DNA from: a virus
Lineage: Duplodnaviria > Caudoviricetes
IMG/VR virus record: IMGVR_UViG_3300025653_000174
Span: 1 to 30,240 of that record
Length of the DNA stretch: 30,240 nucleotides
Strand: one strand, 5' to 3'
Under the pieces are notes generated by a model, which saw only the letters and a program-made list of their open reading frames with translations, had not been told where the DNA came from and ran no database searches. The position numbers and the translations under genes were made by a program. Shown piece by piece: positions 6,989 to 16,700 of this stretch. Within the stretch, counting starts at the first letter, position 1; each line of letters opens with the position of its first letter.

Positions 6989-9900
6989 TGTCTAGAGAAC
7001 TTTTTAGCCAAATCATTGGACCACTTAACAAAGGTGTAAACCAACAAGCAGATAGCTTTGTTCTTCCTGGTTTTGCCAAAGTCCTAGACAACGGCGTTTG
7101 TGACCTTGTGGAAGGTCTTAAAAAGCGTCTGGGTTCTGTGCCGGTTAAACGAGTTGATACGTTGACTCAGAACGCTGGTGGACAGACTCTGACTGCACCC
7201 ATCAAATGGAACGAAGCTTGGGTTTATGTTTACAACCGAAGCAGTACAGAACGTTTCATTTTGATTGCAGCAGACGACAGTAGGACTGTTTCTCGTACTG
7301 GAAACATAACAAATGGATCTGCAGTGGTAGCTTCTGTAAGCTCCATGACAGATTTGTTTGTTGGAGCTGGAGTAACAGGTACAGGTATTCCTGCTAATAC
7401 CACCATTGTTGATATTGATACTGCTGGCTCTCGCATCACTCTTAGCAAAAACGCAACTGCTACGACAACTGGAGTCACGTTAACGGTTGAATCTAATTTC
7501 ACCTTTGTGACTGGCGTATCAAACGTTGAGCCTATTAGTGGCCTTCTTCCTGAGGTGGTTCCTGTTGAGCAGTCTTTTTCAAACATTACCTCCGCCAATC
7601 TTGAGTACCTACGTGGATCTGGCAGGGCTCGTGATCGGTTTAGGGCTACGTCATTCCAAGATTATGTCTTTATTACAAACGTTCAAAAGGAAGTTAGTTA
7701 CGACGCTACAGAAACGCTAACTCGTTACAACATCAGTAACATTAGTAGCAACTTCAGACCTACTCGTGCTCAGGTCTGGGTCAAGCTAGTTGACTATGAC
7801 ACTGAGTATGCCGTTCATATCACCCTTGATAACGGCGATGAGATTAGTGGCCACTACCTAACGCCGTCTCTTACTAACGCTGCAGGGGACGCAAACGTTG
7901 TTAGTTCTGCTGACATTGCAGAAAGACTTGTCAGCTTTACCAACACCATTACAGGTTCAACATCTATTGGTAGCTCTACTATCACTAGTGTTACAGCTAC
8001 AGACATTGTTCAAGTTCATGGCGGAGAGCGTATTACTGGTACTGGTATCCCTGCTAACACTTTTATTGGTACTGTCGATACAGTTGCACTGACCTTTACT
8101 CTGGTCAACGAGGCTGGTACAGCTGTTAACGCAACTGCTAACGGCTCTACCACGCTGACCATTGGTCACGGTCTTGATCAAGTTGACGTGCACAATGAGC
8201 TGAACTTTGAGGTTGAAGACTCTCAAATTCTGATTACTTGCGCTAACGCCAACAGGTTTATCCAAAGCATCGTCGCGTCTGATGCTCGGGGTAACACCTT
8301 GATGGCTGGTTTCTCCAATCAGGTGACCAGCATCGTTGAGCTTCCTCCGTTCTCTTGGGAGGGTTATACAGTCCTTGTAGCTCCCGATGGTTCTTCAGAT
8401 CAAAGCTCGTACTACCTAACCTTTAACGCTGAGAACACTACAACTAACGGTGACTTTGCTCGAGGTGTGTGGGAGGAATCTGCTGGTTGGGGAACTAGAG
8501 GTCAGTACGATGACAACACAATGCCTCATGCGTTTGTTTACTACCGAAACGCAAGCGGTCTTGTGCGATTTACTTTCCAACCTTTTAGCGGCACTACTTA
8601 TACTGACAGCACTGTTTCTATCGATATTCCTGGTTGGACTAATCGCCTTGCTGGTGATGAAGATGAGCTACCAGGACCTTCGTTTGTAACTAACAGAATC
8701 AACGACATTGTGTTCTTTAAGAACCGTCTTGGATTCGTTAGTGGTGAAAACGTCATCCTGAGTGAAGCAGGTGCCTATTACAACTTCTGGCAGCAGTCAG
8801 CTCTACAGGTTGTAGATAGCGATCCTATTGACCTCACAGCTGTCAGTAACGACGTTGCTGTGTTGAACTATGCGTTGCAGCAGCAGGACGAACTTGTACT
8901 GTTCTCAAACGAGAACCAGTTCCGTCTGTACTCTGGTGACAACGTTACGTTCTCTCCTGAGACAGCCTCTGTAGGCCGTATTAGCTCCATCAGTATGGAG
9001 CCCTATGTAAAGCCTGAGCAAGTGGGTCCACAGGTTCTGTTCCCTGTTAAAGAAGGAGACTTCACTGGTTTTCATACCTTCATTACTACTGACCGAACTG
9101 TTGGTATCAACCTGGGACAAACAGCAGTCATCACAGAAACTGTTCCTAAATACATCCCTAAGAACATTGACTCGTTGGCTGTCAGCCGTACAGACCAGTA
9201 TTTGGTAGCTCTCAGTCGTGACGACTCCGATGCTTTGTATGTGTATCAGTTCTTCTGGGAGGCTTCTGGAGGCTCTCTGACCAACAGACAGAACGCTTGG
9301 CATCGTTGGACGTTCCCTAATAAGAGCATTCACTGGTGTGACTTTGTGGAGGGCACTCTCTACAAGCTGACTAGTTACAACAACGCTGGTACGACTGAGT
9401 ACTACCTTGAAGGTCTTAACGCTTCTAGACCTCCTCAATCCAGTAACGATCTGTTCCTGTTGGACCGTCAGCTTTCTAGCTCCATTACGACTGACCTGGG
9501 TGCTGTAACGTTCAGCTACAACGCTGCAACAAATAAGACCACAGTTAATTTGCCTTACCGTACTGTTAACACAAGTCAGTTTGCCGTAATCAAGGTTGAT
9601 TCGTCTGATGCAGCAGAATCTCAGAAGCGCTGGATCGTGGCTAATAGTGTTCCGGCTGGTGTTACTAGTTTCGTTTGCGATAGCCTTGGGGATTTTTCAA
9701 GCAGCTCTTGGGTCTTTGGTGAGCAATTTACGTTTACCTATCGACCGCCTCAGCTCATGCCTTACAGCAGAACAGCGACCGAAAACACTTTTATTGGCAA
9801 TCGTACTGGTCGTCTGCAGCTGCGATATCTTGATGTTTATTACAGCGATGCAAGATACTTCACTGTTGAAGTGACACCTAAGCATCGAGATCTAGTTACC

Positions 9901-10107
9901 TATGAGTTTGACCGTCGAGATCCTCTTAACGGAAACATCGTTATCAGCCAAGAAGAGCCATTTGAAGAGGCTAAATTCAGAGCCTATATTCAAAGCAAGA
10001 ACGACCAAGTTACAGTGGAGCTAGTGAACGACAGCATCGACCAGGCTAAGTTCATTGCCCTTGAGTGGACTGGTCTGTATTTTGACGTTGCGAGGAAGTA
10101 CGGCTAA
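6988..10107 (+). CDS. Tail tubular protein B / nozzle (gp12-like), with insertions
   Basis: 1039 aa with GVNQQAD, GLKKRLG, PSF..FFKNRLGF, DSDPID, QNAWHRW, GRLQLR and EWTGLY motifs. TAATG coupling to gp11. Confidence 0.95.
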   Translation: MSRELFSQIIGPLNKGVNQQADSFVLPGFAKVLDNGVCDLVEGLKKRLGSVPVKRVDTLTQNAGGQTLTAPIKWNEAWVYVYNRSSTERFILIAADDSRTVSRTGNITNGSAVVASVSSMTDLFVGAGVTGTGIPANTTIVDIDTAGSRITLSKNATATTTGVTLTVESNFTFVTGVSNVEPISGLLPEVVPVEQSFSNITSANLEYLRGSGRARDRFRATSFQDYVFITNVQKEVSYDATETLTRYNISNISSNFRPTRAQVWVKLVDYDTEYAVHITLDNGDEISGHYLTPSLTNAAGDANVVSSADIAERLVSFTNTITGSTSIGSSTITSVTATDIVQVHGGERITGTGIPANTFIGTVDTVALTFTLVNEAGTAVNATANGSTTLTIGHGLDQVDVHNELNFEVEDSQILITCANANRFIQSIVASDARGNTLMAGFSNQVTSIVELPPFSWEGYTVLVAPDGSSDQSSYYLTFNAENTTTNGDFARGVWEESAGWGTRGQYDDNTMPHAFVYYRNASGLVRFTFQPFSGTTYTDSTVSIDIPGWTNRLAGDEDELPGPSFVTNRINDIVFFKNRLGFVSGENVILSEAGAYYNFWQQSALQVVDSDPIDLTAVSNDVAVLNYALQQQDELVLFSNENQFRLYSGDNVTFSPETASVGRISSISMEPYVKPEQVGPQVLFPVKEGDFTGFHTFITTDRTVGINLGQTAVITETVPKYIPKNIDSLAVSRTDQYLVALSRDDSDALYVYQFFWEASGGSLTNRQNAWHRWTFPNKSIHWCDFVEGTLYKLTSYNNAGTTEYYLEGLNASRPPQSSNDLFLLDRQLSSSITTDLGAVTFSYNAATNKTTVNLPYRTVNTSQFAVIKVDSSDAAESQKRWIVANSVPAGVTSFVCDSLGDFSSSSWVFGEQFTFTYRPPQLMPYSRTATENTFIGNRTGRLQLRYLDVYYSDARYFTVEVTPKHRDLVTYEFDRRDPLNGNIVISQEEPFEEAKFRAYIQSKNDQVTVELVNDSIDQAKFIALEWTGLYFDVARKYG

Positions 10108-10973
10108 TGGCTGAAACAGTAAAGCCTAAATCAAGCATCTTTGATCTGCCTTCAATTCTTAGTATTGCTCAATTTGGTCTCGGCACTTTGGGAGCCGTTG
10201 CTTCCTATAAATATCAAAAGCTAGAAACCGAACGGGCTAACGCTGCTGCTCAGGCAGAGTTTTGGACTCGTTACGCAGACCAAAGCGCTCAGAACTACCG
10301 TAACTACGAGCTACAACTTAACTCTTGGTATCGGGAGTCTGACTACGTTGAACGACGTAGACAATACGAAGAGCAGCTCGCAGCGCAACAAGCCGCCTAT
10401 AAAGGCGCTGTAACCACTGCTGCTACTAAAAACTTTGAGCGGCAGTTAGCGGACCTTGAAGGTCGCTTCTATGAAGAGGAAGCAAAGGAAACTATTGAAC
10501 TGGAAAACATTCGAGCTCAAACTGTTGCAGCAGCTGCTAAGAAAGCTGCTGGTGGGCAGGTCGGTCGTTCTGTGATTGGTCTTCAAAACCAGTACAACCA
10601 ACAGTATCTTGCTAACCTCAGCAACCGTCAGATTACTCGTGGTTACAGGATTGCAGACAAAGTGAGAGCTGGTGAGGCACTTAACGTTGCTCGTGAAAAC
10701 ACTAGTAATCAGGTTCAGTTCTATACGCCTCAACCTATTGCTGATCCTGTCAAACCGATGGCACCTCTGCCTATCCAAGCTGTTCCACCTACAGCAGCTG
10801 GCGGTCCTAGTGTTTCCAACCTTGCAGTTCAAATTGGAACCCTTGGTTTGGATTCTTATTTGAACTACAGAGCTATGCAGCCCCCAACTCCTAAAACTGT
10901 TGCAGGGCAATCCCAGTATTCTGGAACTAAACCAGCAGCAACTGAACCTACTACTCCTGAGGAGTCCCCCTAA
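10107..10973 (+). CDS. Internal virion (ejection) protein, gp14-like
   Basis: 288 aa with a hydrophobic N-terminal segment, A/Q-rich helices and AAGGQVGRS. Synteny and TAATG coupling. Confidence 0.7.
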   Translation: MAETVKPKSSIFDLPSILSIAQFGLGTLGAVASYKYQKLETERANAAAQAEFWTRYADQSAQNYRNYELQLNSWYRESDYVERRRQYEEQLAAQQAAYKGAVTTAATKNFERQLADLEGRFYEEEAKETIELENIRAQTVAAAAKKAAGGQVGRSVIGLQNQYNQQYLANLSNRQITRGYRIADKVRAGEALNVARENTSNQVQFYTPQPIADPVKPMAPLPIQAVPPTAAGGPSVSNLAVQIGTLGLDSYLNYRAMQPPTPKTVAGQSQYSGTKPAATEPTTPEESP

Positions 10974-13705
10974 TGACTAGCAGCTTTGGTATTACGCCTC
11001 AACGCCAGATTCGAGATCTGGTAGCTCAACCAGAAAAACCTGCTGCTCTTCCAGCTCCTGCTCAACCAAGTGCTATTCCTCAACAAGTAGGAGGTCAGTT
11101 GATGTATGCCGCTAGTTATCAGCGGGATACTGCAGCAGAACAAGGCATTAGAAACATTGAAAACTTCTTAGCTGATAACGGAGTTTTTGATCGTGGTTCA
11201 AAGGCTCTTTTTGAAAACTACAAAGCAGAAAAGAAGCAACAAGCAGAGCGTATCTTTGCTTCTGAAGCGGCAGCTTATAGAGATTCTCTTGCTAACGCTA
11301 ATGAAACTGAACAACTTAAGAAGAAAGGAGACTTTGAAACTGCTCGTCAAAACCAGCTAAGCAACCCTTGGGTTAACTTCTTCTATTACGACACCAAAGG
11401 AACTCTTGGTGGTAAGGATATTGCTGTAAACCTTGCTGCTTGGGGTAAGCAATCTGCAGAGCGTCTTGCAGAGCTTCCTGAGGATCAAAGAGCTGCTGCA
11501 ATGGCAGAAAAGGTCCAAAGCCTTTCTGCGCCTTATGCAGACGTTCCTGAGGCTTTTAAAGCAGCCAAGATTGATCCAATTGTCAGTGCTACTCTTCGTG
11601 ATCTTAAACAAGATGTAACTAATAAAGCTTATGAACGTAGAGCAGCTACAGATCAACAAACAGCTATTGATAAGCTATACGGCGGTGCCAAGCTTGGTGC
11701 TGCTCTTATCAAAGGTTCTTTTGGTTCTAAGCCAGGACTAGTACTTGGTCAACAGGCTCTTCAACAGGGTTACGACGATGCTCGTGCTTATTACGTTGAT
11801 GTTCGTGGTTACTCCGAGAAAGAGTTTAATGAGTTGATGTTTAAAGAAGCTGGTCGTTTCTTTATCGATTTAGATGGCAATCAATATAACGACATTGGTG
11901 AAGCCTACGGTTTTACAAATATTGCAAACTCTTTTGCTGCTATTAAAACCAAAGACGGTCAAGAACTTCTAAAACTTCGTAACAGCAAAGGACAGACGTT
12001 CCGAGAGCTGCTTGAGATTGGTGCTCAACAGGCTGTCAAACGCTCTGAGACCTTTGCAGCTGCTGAAGATCGCGCTGACAGCAGGGCTAGAAGGGAGCTT
12101 ACTGAAAACCTCAAAACTGAATCTCAACGGTTTTATCAAGAAAACCCTGAGCCTACTGATGAGCAAGTAATGGCTCAAAGACAGCGTTTAAAAGCCCTTG
12201 GACGGCAAATGAGTCTGCCTGTCGGTATGTCTTATGCCGATTACGACAAAGCTATTGATGACACTTATACGTTCCGTACTGAGGATTTGACGGGGGAGCA
12301 GGAGGCTCTACTTAAAAACGAGATTGCTGATGAGATTGCTCAAGGTAGAACTGAGCTTTCTGGTGAGCTTCGTAGCCGTCTTGAGGGTACCAAACTGATT
12401 GGATACGCCATCACAGAGTTTGGTAAAGCCCGTCGTAACGCTGGTGATGCTGGGTATAAAAGCGCTACTACAAGCATTCTGAAAAACCTGACAGCTAGCC
12501 TTAAGGGTTCTTTTGAGCAAGATCCTGCTGTCAAGATGATGGCAAAGGAAAAGGGTGAAGTCGTCACTCAGAAAAAGCGTTACCTTAATCAAGCCATTCT
12601 TGAAGCTAAGCAGCGTCTTACTGCAGAAGGAACTATTTACATCCGTTCTGAATTGAACAAAGCCCAAGCTCGTGGTGAGGATATTTCAAACCCTGCTGTT
12701 CAGCTTCAAATTTTAGAAAGAGCTAAACAGAACTTCTTCTCTCGTCCTGAGTACAACGATGTTGATACTTATTACAACATCAGTGAGCCTGGCAAGATCG
12801 GCGTAAAGGTCACTACTGGACCAAAACTGGGATCCTCTAAACAGGATTCTGATGGCCGTTGGCAGATCAACATCAACGATACTGACAACCGTGCTGCTTG
12901 GGCTGCTGTAGCTCAATCAACGTTTGCTAATAACCCCAAAGCTGCTCGTCAATATCTTGATAACAATTTTGTGTTTAACAGCACTGAGATGGGTGAAATC
13001 AACGCAGTGTTGTCTACTGGAGATTTGACCAAATTAAGTGATTCTGCTCGTCGCAGTCTTATCAACGTCCAACGTGGTTTTGGTAACAAAATTACTCTTG
13101 GAGAAATTGTCCAGAAGCAAGCCAGCAGGTTCTATGACGGAAACGTGCCGCCTACGTTCCGTGAAAACGCTCTCAAACTTCAAGGAGCTCTTCGAGTAGC
13201 TGACGGTGGAGGAGGTACTAAGCCTGTGGATAGCAGCATTATTATTACTAACTGGCACCACAGCCATTCAGATAACCGTGCTGTTGACTTTGTGTTGCAG
13301 CGTCAAAACGGTCAAATCTCTAACCCAGTTCCTGCTCCTGTTACTGGAACCATTGTTTCTGCTGGTTATGAAAAAGGTGGGTTTGGTAACAGTGTAGTTA
13401 TCCAAGCCGCTTCTGACGGCCCTGGATACCGTAAAGGTGATCTAGTGCGTCTTTCCCACCTAGCAGACATTTACTACACCTCTGGACAGCGGATCACCCG
13501 AGGGATGCCTATTGGTAAGAGCGGAAACGATCAACCAATGGATTCCAACCCTCGTTATTCCAGTACTGGTAGCGGCGATCCAGGTCACGTTCACATCCAG
13601 TTGTACCGCTCTAAAGGTGCGACTCAGCAATATCAATACGGTCAAGAACTTCAAAACGATTTTGTCCGCCGTGCTTATTTGCCTCTATTTCGGTCTAACC
13701 GATAA
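10973..13705 (+). CDS. Internal virion protein gp15-like with C-terminal M23-family peptidase domain
   Basis: 910 aa. The C-terminal ~150 aa carries H..AVDF, APVTGTIV, GFGNSVVI, SHL, IGKSG and GHVHI, the M23/LytM pattern. Confidence 0.8.
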   Translation: MTSSFGITPQRQIRDLVAQPEKPAALPAPAQPSAIPQQVGGQLMYAASYQRDTAAEQGIRNIENFLADNGVFDRGSKALFENYKAEKKQQAERIFASEAAAYRDSLANANETEQLKKKGDFETARQNQLSNPWVNFFYYDTKGTLGGKDIAVNLAAWGKQSAERLAELPEDQRAAAMAEKVQSLSAPYADVPEAFKAAKIDPIVSATLRDLKQDVTNKAYERRAATDQQTAIDKLYGGAKLGAALIKGSFGSKPGLVLGQQALQQGYDDARAYYVDVRGYSEKEFNELMFKEAGRFFIDLDGNQYNDIGEAYGFTNIANSFAAIKTKDGQELLKLRNSKGQTFRELLEIGAQQAVKRSETFAAAEDRADSRARRELTENLKTESQRFYQENPEPTDEQVMAQRQRLKALGRQMSLPVGMSYADYDKAIDDTYTFRTEDLTGEQEALLKNEIADEIAQGRTELSGELRSRLEGTKLIGYAITEFGKARRNAGDAGYKSATTSILKNLTASLKGSFEQDPAVKMMAKEKGEVVTQKKRYLNQAILEAKQRLTAEGTIYIRSELNKAQARGEDISNPAVQLQILERAKQNFFSRPEYNDVDTYYNISEPGKIGVKVTTGPKLGSSKQDSDGRWQININDTDNRAAWAAVAQSTFANNPKAARQYLDNNFVFNSTEMGEINAVLSTGDLTKLSDSARRSLINVQRGFGNKITLGEIVQKQASRFYDGNVPPTFRENALKLQGALRVADGGGGTKPVDSSIIITNWHHSHSDNRAVDFVLQRQNGQISNPVPAPVTGTIVSAGYEKGGFGNSVVIQAASDGPGYRKGDLVRLSHLADIYYTSGQRITRGMPIGKSGNDQPMDSNPRYSSTGSGDPGHVHIQLYRSKGATQQYQYGQELQNDFVRRAYLPLFRSNR

Positions 13706-13763
13706 CAATTTCTAGTTATATCCATTATTTTGGAGGAAGCGCCCTTAGTAGCTCTTCCTTCAA

Positions 13764-16700
13764 ATGCCTTATATCCCCACTCGTAGCGGTCAGTCTGTCT
13801 TCATTAAAGATCCCCAAGAGGCTCAGCAGCGGTATCAACAAGAGTGGGGTCAAGCCTCACCAGCTCCTGTCAAAGCTCAACCAGCTCCTGCTGCTGCTCC
13901 TGCTGCCAAGCCGAAACCTAAACGTGGTTTTGATCTCAAAGAGTTTTTAAAGAGCAGCCCTGCAGGCCTTTATTACGAAGGTATGAAGCGCCTTGGGGAA
14001 ACCATCGGGAAAATCCCTGTACCTTTTGGTGGCGGCCAAACCATTGGACAAGAAGCTCCTCGTGTAGTTGCTGACATTCCTCGTCAAGTAGTTAACGCTC
14101 CTATTGCTGCAGCTGAGCAGCTCGGTGCTGTTACCCAAGGGGCTGCTCCTGCGGGTCTCTTAGGCGGTCCTATGACCACCGGCTCTCTAGAAGCTGATAA
14201 GCAACGAGAAGTCCAAAAGGCAAAGAACGCTGAAGCAGCTATTGATGCCTTACAGAAAACTGGACGTGATGTTCAAGGCTTTAGCTATGGCATCAAACCT
14301 CAAACTCCTATTGTCGGTAGCTTGTTCAGTGAAGACAGTGAGTTTGTAAAGAAGAACATCAAACCAAAGACTGCTATTGGTCAGCTTGCCTCTAGCGTTG
14401 GCGCTGCTATTGCTTTTGATGCTGGCGTTAACAAACTGACAAAAGCAACTGCTCTTGCTGGTAAAACAGTTCAAACTGCAGACAAACTGGTTGATATTTG
14501 GAAGAACAAAGACCTGGCAGCTGGTGCTCGGGTCATGGCTACCTATTTAATTAAAGACGTGCTGCCTGAAAGCGTTCAGGATGCAATGTTCTTTATGCCT
14601 CAACCTCCTGCTGCTCTTGCAAAGCAGTTGGATGAGATTCAAAAGCTTCAAACTCCTGAAGAACGTATCCGTGCTGCAGAAGTTCTTCGGGCTACAACTC
14701 CTGAAGAGTTTAACTACGCTTTTGAGCAGTTTAAAAACGTTAGCCAAGGCATTGCGTTTACCACTGGTCTCCGTAGTACGTTCATGCTGGCTAATAAGTT
14801 TCTAAGCAAAGCTACTAGTAACGTTCCTGCTGCTCAAGCTCTTGAAGAGGCTACTCAAGAAGCGCTTCCTGTTCTGCGTCAAGAAGTTGAGGCTGATGGT
14901 CTTGTAAAAGCTAATGAGATTATTCAAGACAAACTAGGTGCAGTTACTAGTGAGCTCTACAAGAAGATTGATGAAAACGTAGGAAAAGTCGCTTTTGGTG
15001 CTCGTGCTGGTGCTGAAGCTTATCTTCAAAAACAACAAGATCTTGTTCCTGATCTCCAACGTCTTCAAGATGAGCTGAAAGCTGTACCTGATGTTGGACA
15101 AGATCGTATTGCTACTCAAGCTGAAATCGATTCGTTGCAATCAGTTCTTGGTGTCAAAACTCCTGAACAGATCGTTAAAAAGCAGCAAATGCTTGAAGAG
15201 CGCTTGATAGCTTATGAAACTGCTGCAGCAGCGGATCCTGACTGGATTAATAAGTCCACTGGTACTGGCCGTAAGCGTACTAAAAACAGCACTAAGGTTC
15301 GGATGGCTGCTCAAGCTGCAGAGCGTCTCCAACAGCTCCAACTGCTTCAAACCAAACTGCAACAGCTAGATAACGTTGAGCTTGATCGTGCTGCAAAACT
15401 AAGCGCTCTTGAAGCAAAAGTTGCTGAAAGTAAAACGGCGTTTACTGGATTCAGTACAGCTCTAAACGACGCTCGTATTCTTGTTGACAAACTGGATGAG
15501 TTGAACGCTGAGCGTATTGGTTATCTACAGAATTACAACAACATTCTGTTTAAAGAGAATCGTATTAACGAGATCAATACGGACTACAGCTTGAACGATG
15601 CGTTTGGTTTGGCTTATGGAGAGCTCAAAGACATCCTGAACGCTGCTGAAGCTGCGGTAGCTAGCGACAACATCAATCCTGACTTTGCTCGGATGTTTGT
15701 TCAGCGTGTTGATGAAATTCACAACAAAGTCATCGACAACGGTGGTCTAGCTCCTGTTGTTCCTCGCGTCCCTGAGGGCGTTGAAGTGCCTCCTCAAGCT
15801 GTTGAAGAAGTCACTCAGGTAGCTCCTAAAGCTCCTGCACCGGTTGCAAACGAGGTTCCTGTTACCAAAACTGATGCTGGTGAAATTGTCGTTGACACTG
15901 ACACCCTTGGTGCTGAACGTGTAATGAACGAAAGCAGGGCTGGTAGTTCTGCAGTTCGTAGTGGTGAGGAAGTCATTGAAGAGACTCGTCGTGACCTTGG
16001 TATTTATCAAGACCCCACTGACACGATTGAACAGCTTGAGTGGTTTACTCGTGCAAAGGATAACGTAGCCAAAGAGTGGGATCGGGTCTTCAAGAAAACT
16101 GGTTCTGAAGAGGCTGCTAACAAAGCTGCTACTGCACTGCGTAACACCAACGCTGTTAAGTACACCTCAGACTTTGAAAACGCAGCAGCTCTCAAAGCTG
16201 TGTTTAATACCGCTGATCGCAGCTTCATCCTTCCTCAGCAGTATGCAAAGTCCATGAGGACTCTTGCTTCGTTCCTTGGGGGTAACAACCAGCTGCGTCA
16301 AATCTCGTTCTTCTTGGAAGCTGCTGAGTTTGGTAAGGATATTCAAAACAACCTCAACAAGATTCAAGTACCAGTAGCAGCACTTGATGAAAACGCTACA
16401 GCAGTACTTGCTTCTAGCCGTGATCTTCGGAAGATCCTTAGAAACGAAGAAGTACCAGGGATTGATCGCATCACTGCTCTTGATAACTTCCGGCTTAACT
16501 TTGAAACCTTTGTAGCCAACGCAAAAGCTCTTAACGAGCTGATGTACGGCGTTGGTAACGCTCTCAGGCAGTTTTCAAAAGGCGCTCGTCTTGATTTCTC
16601 TCGTACTGATCCAAAGGTTCTGTTTAGCCGTTTAAATCAAGAACTAGCAAGCTTTGGTAGCAACGATGATTTTGCTTCCTTGCTAGCTGATAAGAGCAAA

